Below, piece by piece: positions 50,342 to 60,807 of a DNA stretch of 64,000 nucleotides. Source of the DNA: a bacterium (GTDB lineage Bacteria > Krumholzibacteriota > Krumholzibacteriia > G020349025); NCBI GenBank assembly GCA_031362565.1, contig JANLSU010000106.1, positions 1 to 64,000 of the forward strand, read 5' to 3'. Below the pieces are notes generated by a model. It was not told the DNA's origin. It searched no databases and saw only the letters and a program-made list of their open reading frames with translations. The stretch's first letter is position 1; the number at the start of each line of letters is the position of its first letter. A program made the translations under genes and the position numbers.

Positions 50342-52396
50342 TCACCGCTTCGCGGTCGACGTCGCTTTCAACCACTGATCGAGCCAGCCGATGACCGTGT
50401 CGTGCCAAAAGATCGAGTTCTGCGGCTTGAGGACCCAGTGGTTCTCGTCGGGGAAGTAGACGAACTTGGACGGCACACCGAGGCGCTGTAGCGCGGTGAA
50501 GACACTCATGCCTTGCGTCGAGACGACGCGGAAGTCGTTGGCGCTGTGAATGACCAGCATGGGTGTCTTCCAGTTCTGCACCAACTGATCCGGGCTGTCC
50601 TTGGTGTAGGCCTCGGGCTTCGTCCACGGCGTACCGCCGTGTTCCCATTCCTCGAACCACAGTTCCTCGGTGTCGAAGTACGCCATGCGCTCGTTGAACG
50701 TGCCGTCGTGGCTCACCAGGCACTTGAAGCGATCGGTCTTACCGGCGATCCAATTGATCATGTAGCCGCCGTAGGAGGCACCGAGCGCGCCGACCCGGTC
50801 GCCGTCCAGGAAAGGGTATTTCTGCAACGCCACATCGAGACCCCGCATCAAATCGTCGTAGGGCGCGCCACCCCAGTCGCCGCTGATGGCGTCGGTAAAC
50901 GCTTGGCCGTAGCCGGTCGAACCGTGGAAGTCGACAAAGACCGACGCATACCCGGCGCCCGCGTACGCATTCGGATTCCAGCGGTAATGGAAGTCGTTGC
51001 CGAAGGAGCCCTGTGGTCCGCCGTGGATGAGGAACGCGACCGGGTACTTGCGCGCCGGATCGAAATCGACCGGATACATGACGTACGCGTAGACGGAATC
51101 GCCCTTGGCGCCCGTGAAGGTGAATTGCTCGCTGCGTCCGAACTTCGCTGCCGCGACGCGTTCGGCATTCAAGCGCGTGATCGTCGTCACCGCACCACCC
51201 CGCGTGCTCTTGGTGAACAGCTCGGTCGGGCCGGCGAGCGTATGGAGGCCGTACAGAACGCGGCCGCCGGGCAATGCTTGCGGCGCGACCACCGTGCCCT
51301 GGCCGACGACGACGCGCGTCCGGAGGGTGGCGACATCGGTTGCGAAGAGCGCGTGCTGGCCGAGATGATCGGCGGCCCAGTCGATTTCCTTGCCGTCCGT
51401 GGACCAGCAGTATTCAGCCGGTGAACGATCGCCGCGCGGACCGGCGAACGCACGCAGGTCGAGGCGTTTCTCGCTGCCGCTCGTCACATCGCGCAGCACC
51501 AAGTGGAACCGGTCGGCCTCGAAGCCGGCGCGGTCCATCGCCAAGTAGGCGAGGGTGCGTCCATCCGGCGAATAACGCGGCTGGGTGTCCCAGGCGGGAT
51601 TCGCCGTCAGTTTGCGGGGCGCTCCGCCGCTCGCGGTGCTCACCTGAAAGAGATCGAAGTTCGTCGACCAGGCTTCTTCGCGTCCCACATCACGGGCCGC
51701 GAACACCAGGGTCTTCGAGTCCGGCGACAAAGCAAATTCTTCGGTACCGCCGAACGGTTTCGACGGGCTGTCGGCATCCAGGTCCGGCATGACGTCGCGG
51801 CTCGGTCCGCCGGGGAGCGGGTAGGTGAACAGGTGGTTGCGCGTACCGTCGGACCAGGTGTCCCAATGGCGAATGAACAGGTGGTCGAACACCAGGGCGG
51901 ACGACTTCGCCTTCGTCTCGAGCTTGGTGTGGGTGGCGGCCGGAGTCGTGCCGGGGAAGACCGCCATCGAAAATACCAGGAACGTGCCGTCCGGCGAAAC
52001 TTCCAGATTGTCGACGTCGAGTGGTTCATTGGTGACGCGTTCGGCTTCGCCGCCCGCCAGGGACAAACGCCACACCTGTTGCGAGCCCGAACGCGCCGAC
52101 AGGAAATAGATCGAGCGCCCGTCGGGTGACCAACGGGGGCTCGTGTCCGAGGCATCGTTCGTCGTCAGCGCCCGCACGTTCCGGCCGGCGACGTCCGCCA
52201 GATACAGGTCGTTGCGGCGTTTGTTGGCCTCGAGATCGGTGGTCGCGACGGTGAATGCCACCCAGCGCCCGTCCGGCGAAGGCCGTGGATCCGACACCCG
52301 CTGCATCGCCTGCATGTCATGAACTGAAAAGGGGTGTGATTCGGCTGCCGCCACGCCGGTCGCGAGCGCGATGGCAGAGAACAGGATCCAGCGCAT
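50342..52396 (-). CDS. secreted S9-family (dipeptidyl-peptidase 5-like) peptidase
   Basis: Signal peptide, SPDG propeller repeats, HGGPQG, GASYGG, DFRV, DENHW; GGAGG RBS. Confidence 0.92.
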   Translation of the reverse strand: MRWILFSAIALATGVAAAESHPFSVHDMQAMQRVSDPRPSPDGRWVAFTVATTDLEANKRRNDLYLADVAGRNVRALTTNDASDTSPRWSPDGRSIYFLSARSGSQQVWRLSLAGGEAERVTNEPLDVDNLEVSPDGTFLVFSMAVFPGTTPAATHTKLETKAKSSALVFDHLFIRHWDTWSDGTRNHLFTYPLPGGPSRDVMPDLDADSPSKPFGGTEEFALSPDSKTLVFAARDVGREEAWSTNFDLFQVSTASGGAPRKLTANPAWDTQPRYSPDGRTLAYLAMDRAGFEADRFHLVLRDVTSGSEKRLDLRAFAGPRGDRSPAEYCWSTDGKEIDWAADHLGQHALFATDVATLRTRVVVGQGTVVAPQALPGGRVLYGLHTLAGPTELFTKSTRGGAVTTITRLNAERVAAAKFGRSEQFTFTGAKGDSVYAYVMYPVDFDPARKYPVAFLIHGGPQGSFGNDFHYRWNPNAYAGAGYASVFVDFHGSTGYGQAFTDAISGDWGGAPYDDLMRGLDVALQKYPFLDGDRVGALGASYGGYMINWIAGKTDRFKCLVSHDGTFNERMAYFDTEELWFEEWEHGGTPWTKPEAYTKDSPDQLVQNWKTPMLVIHSANDFRVVSTQGMSVFTALQRLGVPSKFVYFPDENHWVLKPQNSIFWHDTVIGWLDQWLKATSTAKR

Positions 52397-52469
52397 GGTG
52401 CCTCCGTGGGTTCGAAAGGGTGACGGGAGCGTACGACGATCGAGCCCCCGGCCACAACCGGACGACGCC

Positions 52470-52507
52470 AAAAAGGGCAGGCCCCGCGCGTGCAGCACGC
52501 GCGGGGC
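52470..52507 (-). terminator. intrinsic terminator-like hairpin
   Basis: Perfect 12-bp stem GCCCCGCGCGTG/CACGCGCGGGGC (52481-52507); T5 follows on the minus strand after 6 nt. Confidence 0.55.
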
Positions 52508-52664
52508 GATCGGAGCGCGACAGGCCGAGGAACCCCGGAAGGCTGCGCAAGCGCCCGGGACGAGGTGGGTGGCGTCGTGCAAGCCCTTTGGGAAGGGCGC
52601 GACGCCGAGGAGAACGGACCGAGCAGCGAACCGCTCGAAGGCCCAGAGACGCAATGCCGATGCC
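52505..52664 (-). ncRNA. putative 6S-like rod-shaped RNA
   Basis: About 160-nt self-complementary rod with central bubble and CACCCACCT on the 3' bubble strand; followed by the terminator hairpin. Confidence 0.5.
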
Positions 52665-52790
52665 AGGCCGGAGCCGCGCTCCTGCATGCCCTGGCGCATC
52701 ACCCGGCAGCGAATGGCGAGCGCATCGACAACCGTGCAGCCGGTGTAGCGCAACCATTGTTGTCGGGTCCGTGCAAGCGCGACCTGCTCT

Positions 52791-53957
52791 TCACGCCGCC
52801 CGCAACGACTCCGCAATGCGCTTGCGCGACGCGCGCCAGGCCGGCAGAAATCCGCCGATGGCCCCCATCACGACCGCGAAGAGGAGCCCGAGGCCCATGA
52901 TTGCGGGCGTCACCCGGAAAGCGAAGGCGAGTTCGCTGAAGCTCGCCCAGTTGGTGGTGCCGGTCGAGGTGCCGTTGACGATGAAGCCCAGCAGGCACCC
53001 CAGGACGCCGCCCGCGATCGACAACAGCACTGACTCGACGACGAACGCCACCAGCACGCTCCAGCGCGAGAACCCGAGCGCCAACAGAGTGCCGATTTCA
53101 CGCGTCCGCGCGTTGACGGCCGCGAACATCGTATTGAGTGCCCCCGCCATCGCACCAAAGGACATGAGCACCGCGATCACGACGCCAATCCCGCGGATGA
53201 ACGACGTGAAACCGCTGGACTGGGCTTCGTAGTACGCCAGTTCGCTCTGCACTTTCAGATTGAGGCGCGGATCGGCGCCGATACGGGTTTCGAGTGCCGC
53301 CAAGTCGGCCGCACTCCGCAACTGCACCGTCATCGATTGATAGCCGTCGCGTTCGAAGGCGGGAATCATAGTTTCCACGTCGCCCCAGATTTCAGATTCG
53401 AAGCCGGAGCCGCCGGTCGCGAATTGCCCGACGATTTCCCAGTCCTGGTTTGCGAAGTGCAGTTTTTGACCGACGCCGCAATTGCGCAGCCGGCCTCCGA
53501 GCGGCGCTCCGACCATGATCTCGGTCGTGCCGGGGGCGAAACGCCGGCCGGTGACGAGTTGAAGTTCGGGCCGCATCTCGAACACCGCCTGCGACACCCC
53601 ACGCACCGAAACATTGGCCGGCGACCCGTCGGACGCCTTCGGCAGGTTGGCGATGATGACGAGCTCCGGACTTGCAAGTGGCCGCCCATCGGTGCCCGGG
53701 AGGATTTCGGGCATGACCCGCACGATGTCGGCCACCTCACGGCTCACCGAACTCTGCACTTCGGACGTGGCGCCGCCGCGCATGAGAAGGGCCCGGTCGG
53801 GCCGGCCGGTACCGACTAATGCCCCCCGGAAACCCTGTCCCAACGCCAGAACCCAGATCATCACCATGACGACGAGCGCGATGCCGAGTGCCGCCAATAG
53901 ATTGGAGGCGCGCCGCACCGTCAGGTTGCGGATGTTGTAACTGACTGGCAAAGCCAC
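52791..53957 (-). CDS. ABC transporter permease (MacB/FtsX family)
   Basis: RTREIGTLLALGF, four TM segments, large periplasmic domain. Confidence 0.9.
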   Translation of the reverse strand: MALPVSYNIRNLTVRRASNLLAALGIALVVMVMIWVLALGQGFRGALVGTGRPDRALLMRGGATSEVQSSVSREVADIVRVMPEILPGTDGRPLASPELVIIANLPKASDGSPANVSVRGVSQAVFEMRPELQLVTGRRFAPGTTEIMVGAPLGGRLRNCGVGQKLHFANQDWEIVGQFATGGSGFESEIWGDVETMIPAFERDGYQSMTVQLRSAADLAALETRIGADPRLNLKVQSELAYYEAQSSGFTSFIRGIGVVIAVLMSFGAMAGALNTMFAAVNARTREIGTLLALGFSRWSVLVAFVVESVLLSIAGGVLGCLLGFIVNGTSTGTTNWASFSELAFAFRVTPAIMGLGLLFAVVMGAIGGFLPAWRASRKRIAESLRAA

Positions 53958-53969
53958 CTGAATGCCTCC

Positions 53970-55109
53970 TCAGGCCGAACGCAGCGCGTCAACGACCCGC
54001 AGCCGCGCCGCTGAAATCGCCGGCACAATGCCACTCACGAGCCCCATCAAAGCTGCGATCACGAGCCCAATCACCAGCGTCTGCGGTTTGACGATAAAGT
54101 TCGCAAAAACTCCCCCGCCGAAGGACATGAGCTTGAAAACGAGCTTGGCGCCAATGCAGCCGGCGAAGCCGCCCAAGAGTGCGATGCACGTCGATTCGGC
54201 GAGGACGAGCTTCAGGATGAGGTCGTCCGGGAACCCGAGCGTCTTCAGCACCGCGATCTCGCGAATTCGTTCCCGGGCCGCCATGATCATGGTGTTGATC
54301 GCGACCAGCATGAAACCCGCCAGGACAAAAATGGAAATTATTCGGACGCCCTGTTTGACGTTGCCCATCATGGTCACGAAGCCGAGCTGAAACGCCTTCT
54401 CGGTTTCAGTCCGGGTTTCAAAGGCGCTGTTCGCGAAGACTTGGTCGACGGCGGCGCTGGTGGCGGCCGCTTCGTTCGGGTCGGCGAGTCTTACGATGTA
54501 CACGCCGACATTGCCCTTGCGCTCGCTCCGCTCGTCCAAGTACTTCCACTGGAAGTACAGCACGTTGGTGTCGACGTCCGGCGACTTCGGGCGGAAAATG
54601 CCACGCACCGTGAATGTCCAGTCGCCGGGATAGATCGTGCCACGATATGTGACGTTGTCGCCGACTTTCCACTTGTACTGCTTCGCCAGGCGTTCACCGA
54701 TGATGCACGAGGTGCGTTCTTGTTGAAAAGCCGCCACTTCCTCCGGCGTTAGCAGGTATTCGGGATACATCTCGAAAAAAGTGCTGGCGTCGACGGCGAA
54801 CTGCGAGGACCAGCCACGCTCGTCCGCCGGATTGACGCCGCCGAACCAGTTCATGTATGTGACTGCCGTGATCCCGTCCATCTGGCGCAGCCGGTCGAAA
54901 TACGACAACGGCAACGGGAAAATCAACGAGGTCGAACGCCGCACGACGACCCGCGCCGCGTCGGTGACATCCACCGAGGCGTCGAGCGAGGTCACGATGG
55001 TGCGGAGCATGGAGAACAAGAAAAGTGCCAGCGCCGTTGAAAGCACCGTGAGAGTCGTGCGGAGCTTGCTCCGCCGCATGTTACTGAACACCAGCCGCAG
55101 GTACTTCAC
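53970..55109 (-). CDS. ABC transporter permease (MacB/FtsX family)
   Basis: [20 protein letters not shown], four TM segments. Confidence 0.9.
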   Translation of the reverse strand: MKYLRLVFSNMRRSKLRTTLTVLSTALALFLFSMLRTIVTSLDASVDVTDAARVVVRRSTSLIFPLPLSYFDRLRQMDGITAVTYMNWFGGVNPADERGWSSQFAVDASTFFEMYPEYLLTPEEVAAFQQERTSCIIGERLAKQYKWKVGDNVTYRGTIYPGDWTFTVRGIFRPKSPDVDTNVLYFQWKYLDERSERKGNVGVYIVRLADPNEAAATSAAVDQVFANSAFETRTETEKAFQLGFVTMMGNVKQGVRIISIFVLAGFMLVAINTMIMAARERIREIAVLKTLGFPDDLILKLVLAESTCIALLGGFAGCIGAKLVFKLMSFGGGVFANFIVKPQTLVIGLVIAALMGLVSGIVPAISAARLRVVDALRSA

Positions 55110-55116
55110 GATACCG

Positions 55117-55809
55117 TCACCTCGCTCCGGTGGCGCGCGTTTCGCTCAGGGCACCCTTGTCCAGGTGCACCACCCGGTGGGCGCGCTCGGCCGCATGCGG
55201 GTCGTGCGTGACCATGATGACGGTCTTGCCGTGTTCTTGGTTGAGCCGTTGTAGAAGCGTCAGGATTTCCGCCGCCGACGCCGCGTCCAAGTCGCCGGTG
55301 GGCTCGTCCGCCAAGATCAGGGTCGGGTCGCTGACGATGGCGCGCGCGATGGCGACGCGTTGCTCCTGCCCGCCGGAGAGCTGGCGCGGGTAGTGCTTGA
55401 TGCGATCCGCGAGGCCGACGAGTTGCAGCGCCGCCAGCACATGTTCGCGCCGCGCGCGCGACTTGAGCGGCGTCAAGAGCAGTGGCAGCTCGACGTTTTG
55501 GTACGCGGTCAGCACCGGAATCAAATTGTAGAGCTGGAAAATGAAGCCGATATGCTCGGCGCGCCAACGCGCCAAGCCGCCACCGCCGAGCGTCGCGATG
55601 TCCTTCCCGGCCACCACCAAGCGCCCCGAGGTCGGCTTGTCGATGCCGCCCAGCAGGTTGAGGAGCGTCGACTTGCCGGAGCCCGACGGCCCCATGAGCG
55701 CCAGGAACTCGCCTTGATCGATCTCCATGTTCAATTGATCGAGCACCGGAATCTCGAGTTTGTCCCGGTGGTAGACCTTGCAAAGATTTTGGATCTGCAC
55801 GAGGGACAC
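55117..55809 (-). CDS. ABC transporter ATP-binding protein (LolD/MacB type)
   Basis: [25 protein letters not shown]. Confidence 0.95.
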   Translation of the reverse strand: MSLVQIQNLCKVYHRDKLEIPVLDQLNMEIDQGEFLALMGPSGSGKSTLLNLLGGIDKPTSGRLVVAGKDIATLGGGGLARWRAEHIGFIFQLYNLIPVLTAYQNVELPLLLTPLKSRARREHVLAALQLVGLADRIKHYPRQLSGGQEQRVAIARAIVSDPTLILADEPTGDLDAASAAEILTLLQRLNQEHGKTVIMVTHDPHAAERAHRVVHLDKGALSETRATGAR

Positions 55810-55856
55810 TCACGACCTCCGAAGGCAAGAAGTGCCGGCGGCGGAGAATACGCCGT

Positions 55857-57134
55857 TCAGCGCGATTCCGGGAGACTCACCTTGAGGCCGTCTCGGAGGG
55901 GCCGGGCGGCACGCACCGCGACGGTTTCGCCCCCTACGAGCCCCTTCGCCACTTGGACCCGCCCGTTAACGCCCGCGCCCAATTCCACCGTGCGGCGCTC
56001 GATGCGGCCTTCGGGTCCGACCAGCCACACGAACGTCTCCGCGCCCGCGTGTTGAATCGCATTGTCGGCGAGGGTCGGCCCGCGGCGCTCGACCGACGCG
56101 GCCGCCGTCGTCCCGGCGGCCAGAAATGTGACCTTGGCGCCCATGTCCGGCAGAAGCCGTGAGTCGGGAGCGAGGATTTCGGCTTTCACGAGCACCGTCG
56201 CCTTTTGGCGGTCCGACGTCGGCACGATCTGGCGCACCCGCGCCGCGAATGACGTGTCGGGATAGGCGTCGGTGGTGACGCGCGCCGGCTGGCCGAGCTT
56301 GAGGCGTCCGATATAGGCCTCGTTGACGTCGACTTCGACGTCCAGCGAATCGAGATCGGCAATCGTCACGATGGCGCCGCGGCTGCCGCTGCCACCCAAC
56401 GACACGGTCGAGACCATTTCGCCGACTTCGGCATTCTTGCGCAGCACGGTGCCGGTGAAAGGCGCCCGGATTTGCGCCTTGGCGAGTTCGGCGCGCGCCA
56501 GATCCAGGTCGGCGTGCGCTGCCGTCAGCTGCTCGGTGGCGGTCGCGATGCGCGCCACGATCACATCCCGCCGCGCCTGGGCGCCGTCGAAGGCCGCCTG
56601 GGTGCCCAGCCCACGTTCGAGAAGCGTTTTCTGGCGGCCGAGCTCGTTTTCGGCGTCGGTGCGCTCGGCGCGCGCTTCCTCGATGGCAGCGGTCCGCACC
56701 CCGATCTGCGACTGCGCGGTCGCGACCCGGGCGCGAAGATCCGAACTCGCGAGTTCGGCGATGAGTTCACCGCGCTCGACGCGGCTGCCTTCCTCGACCA
56801 GAAGCCGCTGCAGGCGTCCGGTGATCTCGGCGCTGACGGCGGCGCTGCGCCGCGCCTGCACATAGCCGTTGGCGGTCAATTCGTCGCGGCCGCCGCTCGC
56901 GACCGCCGGCCGCAGCACGACTGCCGTCTCCAAGAGGCGCACGCGCATGCCGGGCAACAAACCGGCTCGGGCTCGCAAGAACAGTCCGGCGCCGGCCAGA
57001 ATCAGAATCGGCACGACGATCACGAGCCAGCGGCGCACCGAGGGCCCGCGCACGGGATCACGATCGATGCGCAAGCGGCCGAGATCGGCCTCGCTCGACC
57101 GCGGGACACTGCCGCCTTCGACCGGATTCGACAT
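55857..57134 (-). CDS. periplasmic adaptor (MacA/HlyD family)
   Basis: N-terminal TM, lipoyl halves (VEEGSRV; IRAPFTGTV), coiled-coil hairpin. Confidence 0.9.
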   Translation of the reverse strand: MSNPVEGGSVPRSSEADLGRLRIDRDPVRGPSVRRWLVIVVPILILAGAGLFLRARAGLLPGMRVRLLETAVVLRPAVASGGRDELTANGYVQARRSAAVSAEITGRLQRLLVEEGSRVERGELIAELASSDLRARVATAQSQIGVRTAAIEEARAERTDAENELGRQKTLLERGLGTQAAFDGAQARRDVIVARIATATEQLTAAHADLDLARAELAKAQIRAPFTGTVLRKNAEVGEMVSTVSLGGSGSRGAIVTIADLDSLDVEVDVNEAYIGRLKLGQPARVTTDAYPDTSFAARVRQIVPTSDRQKATVLVKAEILAPDSRLLPDMGAKVTFLAAGTTAAASVERRGPTLADNAIQHAGAETFVWLVGPEGRIERRTVELGAGVNGRVQVAKGLVGGETVAVRAARPLRDGLKVSLPESR

Positions 57135-57186
57135 GCTTCGAGCCGCCCTTCATTTCGCCGGCGCCATCGCTGTGGCACCCTGCGGT

Positions 57187-58521
57187 TCAGTGCACTTTGT
57201 ACGCACTGCCACCGATGAACTCGCGCAACACCGAGGTCGTCGGCACGACATCGTCGGCGGCCGGCAGCACGGCGTCCAAGAGGCTGCGAATACGCTCGGC
57301 CCGCGCCAACGCATCGGTGCAGCGCGGATCCTGGCGCCAGGCCGCGATCCATGCCGGGAAGTGGTGCGCCAGATGTTTCTTCAAGATACAGAGTTCGTAG
57401 GGCAATGCGCCGTTCACCACCGCGTCGGCGCGGCCGACATGTGGAATGATGTGCTTCAACTCACCGCGCCGCACATAGTGCCAATGGAGCAGAGTCTTTT
57501 CGGGATCGTAGTTGCGGTGCGCGGCATCGCGCAGCATGCGCCGGAGCAGCCGGATGTCGGTCCACCGCACCCAGCGTCCGGCGTCGTCCCGCAATTGAAG
57601 TACGGTTTCGATGTAGAGGCGGAACTTCACGTCCTCGGTGACGCTCGCCGACAAGCCGTCGTAGAGGCCGTGCAGTGTGTCGAGCAGCAGGACTTGCCCC
57701 GGTCGCAGTTGAAGCGGCACTCGGGTCTCGAGCCGGCGGCCCAGTTTGAAATCGTACACCGGCATCGGAACCTCGCGGCCGGCGAGCAGCATCGCCAAGT
57801 GCTCGTTGACGAGCGGCAAGTCGAGCGCTTCGGGTGTTTCGAAGTCGTAGTCGCCGTGGTCGTCGCGTGGATGCATGCGCAGGTCGAAGAAATAGTTGTC
57901 CAAATTGAGTGGCACGACATCGAGGCCTGCCGCCTGCAGCTTCTCCGATACCTTGCAGGTGGCGGTCGTTTTGCCGGACGACGATGGCCCGGCGATGATG
58001 ACGAGGCGCACCCGGTCGCGCGCCGCGAGAATAGCGCGCGCCGCGTCGGCGACGTCTTCGTCGTAGGCCGCTTCCGCCGCTGCCACCAGCGCTCCGAAGG
58101 TCCCATCCGTCACGTGGCGGTTGAGCCCGGCCACCGTGTGGACGTCGTGATCCAAGTTCCACAGCAAGGCCCGCCAGAGCGCCTTGTACGGCACGTCGTC
58201 GCGCCCCGTGGAACGCCCGCCCTTGGCGAGCCGCAGCCGGGCGCGTTCGTTGCGATACAGGATGTACGCCTTGGCGGTCCGGGCGTGGCCGTTGGCGATG
58301 AGCACCTTTTCGACGCCGTCCTGGATCTCCTCGACGCTCGGCGTGCCGCTCGATGCTGCAACGGTCCGCAGCACTTCGTCGGCAAGACGTTCCGAGAGCG
58401 GCCGGTCGTGGCCGCCGACCGCGGCCGCCGCCTTGTAGATCGCATTCACGACTTTGACGCGATCGAACGCCACGACTGTGCCGTTGCGCTTGATCACTTG
58501 TCGAATGGCAACGTCCGTCAC
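57187..58521 (-). CDS. ATP-cone domain fused to uridine/nucleoside kinase-like P-loop domain
   Basis: VIKRNG.VV.FD..K...AI...VEEIQD.VE..L....AKAYILYR (ATP-cone); AGPSSSGKTT, LDNYF, DFETPEALD, RLLRRMLRD. Confidence 0.85.
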   Translation of the reverse strand: MTDVAIRQVIKRNGTVVAFDRVKVVNAIYKAAAAVGGHDRPLSERLADEVLRTVAASSGTPSVEEIQDGVEKVLIANGHARTAKAYILYRNERARLRLAKGGRSTGRDDVPYKALWRALLWNLDHDVHTVAGLNRHVTDGTFGALVAAAEAAYDEDVADAARAILAARDRVRLVIIAGPSSSGKTTATCKVSEKLQAAGLDVVPLNLDNYFFDLRMHPRDDHGDYDFETPEALDLPLVNEHLAMLLAGREVPMPVYDFKLGRRLETRVPLQLRPGQVLLLDTLHGLYDGLSASVTEDVKFRLYIETVLQLRDDAGRWVRWTDIRLLRRMLRDAAHRNYDPEKTLLHWHYVRRGELKHIIPHVGRADAVVNGALPYELCILKKHLAHHFPAWIAAWRQDPRCTDALARAERIRSLLDAVLPAADDVVPTTSVLREFIGGSAYKVH

Positions 58522-58606
58522 GCGACACCTCTTGAGAGGATGCAAGGCAGCGACAAACGGAGTCTGGCAGGTTCGCGGCGCCTTGGGCGGTGCGGGCGCT
58601 GGTCCG

Positions 58607-59512
58607 TCAACCCACGCCCGGCGCGTCGAAACCGACGAAGTTCACATCGGCATACGCGTCGCAGCGCGAACACAAGTGCAGCAAGTCCCGCCGGCCGCGG
58701 TTCAAGAGCTCGCGCATCGACGCCAAGACCGGTCCGTTCCAAATGTCGAGAACGCTTTCCTTCTTCACGTCGCCGATCAAGCCGCGCCCGGCGCTGTCCC
58801 AGCAGCAGAGCGGCGCCGTGCCGTCCGTGTAGAAGAACATTTCGTCCAGGATCTTCAAGCAGGGCTTTTGGACCGGCTTCTCCTGGCCTTCCCAAGGCCA
58901 GCGGTACAACGGCACGATGAGCACCGCATCGACGCGCGGCGTCCAGTAATCACGATAGGCGGCATGCTCGTGCTTGTTCTCCGGCATGTCGATCATCCGG
59001 ACTTCGACATAGCAGCGGTAATTGCCGGCATCGCGGATCTCGACGAAGCGATTGACGTTGCGAACGACGGCGTCGTAGTCGACACCCGGCCGTGCCGGTT
59101 CGTACGTTTCGCGAGAGAAACCATCGACGCTGAAGCGTGCGACGTCGAGCCCGGCATCCAGGACTTCCTTGGCGCGTTTCTCGGTCAAAAGCCCGGCGTT
59201 CGAGTTGATCTCGGTCACCGCCGTCGAGTCCTGCTTGATGTAACCGAGGATCTCGGTCAAGCGCCGCTCGGAAAGCGGTTCGTTGATGAGGAACGGCCGG
59301 TAGGTGATGCCGAGGCCGCGCGTTTCGTCGACGATCTTGCGCCAGATCCAGTCCTCCATGAACTTCGGTCCGCGCTCCATGTGGGAGTACGGGCAGAACG
59401 GGCACTTGGCATTGCACGCCAGATTCGTTTCGATCTGGATGTTCTTCGGGACCTCGGTGTAGTGCATCTCGCGGACGGTGCCGTCCGGCGCCATCAGGCG
59501 GGGATTGCTCAT
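58607..59512 (-). CDS. radical SAM protein with C-terminal SPASM/Twitch domain
   Basis: CNAKCPFC, NEPL, FSVDG; C..DG...CC.D..GD...IWNG...CSRC. Confidence 0.9.
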   Translation of the reverse strand: MSNPRLMAPDGTVREMHYTEVPKNIQIETNLACNAKCPFCPYSHMERGPKFMEDWIWRKIVDETRGLGITYRPFLINEPLSERRLTEILGYIKQDSTAVTEINSNAGLLTEKRAKEVLDAGLDVARFSVDGFSRETYEPARPGVDYDAVVRNVNRFVEIRDAGNYRCYVEVRMIDMPENKHEHAAYRDYWTPRVDAVLIVPLYRWPWEGQEKPVQKPCLKILDEMFFYTDGTAPLCCWDSAGRGLIGDVKKESVLDIWNGPVLASMRELLNRGRRDLLHLCSRCDAYADVNFVGFDAPGVG

Positions 59513-59528
59513 CGGGTCTCCTCGGGCT

Positions 59529-60806
59529 CTAACGGCCCAGGTAGCGTTCGAGGTGCTGGACACATCGCTCGGAGGCGCCCAAGTCGGCTTCGACGACGGC
59601 GCGGGCCCGTTGTCCGGCGGCGCGGCAGGCGTCCGCGTCGGCGCGGAGCGCGATCAACGCGGCGCCGAGATCGGCCCGCGACCGTACCACGGTGCCGGCG
59701 TTGGCGTCGAGCAGGCGCGCCGCCTCCGGCGCGTTGTGGTGCCGGGGCCCGAACAGCACCGGCAGCCCCATGATGGCCGGCTCGAGGACGTTGTGGACGC
59801 CGGTCGTGAAGGCGCCGCCGACGTATGCCACCGTACCCATTTCATACAGCTCGGCGAGGATCCCGACGCGGTCGACGAGAATCACGCCAGGTGTATCCAT
59901 TCCAATGGTTTCCAGCTCTGAGTAACGACACGACTTGAACCCGGCGGCGGCGAGCGCCCGCTCGAGCGGCACGAGGTGCGCGGCGGTGGGTTCGTGCGGC
60001 ACGAGAACGAGCCGTGACGCTGGATCCCCGCCGGCGGCGTCATGCCATGCCGGCACGAGGAGCGCCTCGTCGGGGCCCCAAGTCGAGCCCGCGACGAGCG
60101 TCCAGGGCCGCGGTTCGGTCCGGAGTGCGGGCGCAATGCTGGTGCGTTGGGCCGCGCGCCGCCGCCGCACGACCTGATCGGAGCGCGAATCGCCGTCGAC
60201 GACGATCGCCGGGTGCAGGGGGACGAGGGCTCGGAAACGCCCGGCGTCGGCTTCCGACACGGCGCTGATGAGATCGATCTGGGCGTAGATCTCGCGGTAG
60301 AGCGCCCGCGCCGGCCAACGCGAGCGCCAGGACCGCGGCCGAAGTGTCGCGTCGAAGAGCAGCACGGGGATCGACCGGCGGCGGGCGGCCGCAATCGCGT
60401 TCGGCCACAGATCGAATTTCATGAACACGAGCACGAGCGGCCGCACCGCGTCCAAGACGGCAGCCATTGCCGCGGGAGTGTCCTCGGGCAAGTAATCGAA
60501 GTGCTCGGCTTCACCCAGGCGCTTCGCATACTCGAAACCGGAGGGCGAGAAGAACGTGTGCAAAATCGCCAGATCGGGATGCCGGGCGCGCAGCAGCGAG
60601 GTAATCGGCCGGGCCTGTTCGTATTCGCCAACCGACGTCGAATGAAACCACACCGTGCGCCCCGCATGCGCGGCGCCGAACGCCGCCAGGCGCGCCCCGA
60701 CGCCGCGGCGGCCGGCGAGTCCGGCGCGCAACTTGGAGCGCCGCGCGGCGGCCAAACGGGCTCCCGCGCGCGCCACCGGCAGCAGTGTGTTGTACGCCCA
60801 GAGCAT
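59529..60806 (-). CDS. waaA: 3-deoxy-D-manno-octulosonic acid (Kdo) transferase
   Basis: WFHSTSVGE, FFSPSG, AGSTW, VPHEP, GILAELY, HNVLEPA..G.PV.FGP. Confidence 0.9.
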   Translation of the reverse strand: MLWAYNTLLPVARAGARLAAARRSKLRAGLAGRRGVGARLAAFGAAHAGRTVWFHSTSVGEYEQARPITSLLRARHPDLAILHTFFSPSGFEYAKRLGEAEHFDYLPEDTPAAMAAVLDAVRPLVLVFMKFDLWPNAIAAARRRSIPVLLFDATLRPRSWRSRWPARALYREIYAQIDLISAVSEADAGRFRALVPLHPAIVVDGDSRSDQVVRRRRAAQRTSIAPALRTEPRPWTLVAGSTWGPDEALLVPAWHDAAGGDPASRLVLVPHEPTAAHLVPLERALAAAGFKSCRYSELETIGMDTPGVILVDRVGILAELYEMGTVAYVGGAFTTGVHNVLEPAIMGLPVLFGPRHHNAPEAARLLDANAGTVVRSRADLGAALIALRADADACRAAGQRARAVVEADLGASERCVQHLERYLGR

Positions 60807-60807
60807 G

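Noticed and set aside
55106..55828. Second ORF overlapping the ABC ATPase on the same strand
   Set aside because: Arg/Ala-rich off-frame translation without motifs; 55117..55809 carries all ABC motifs
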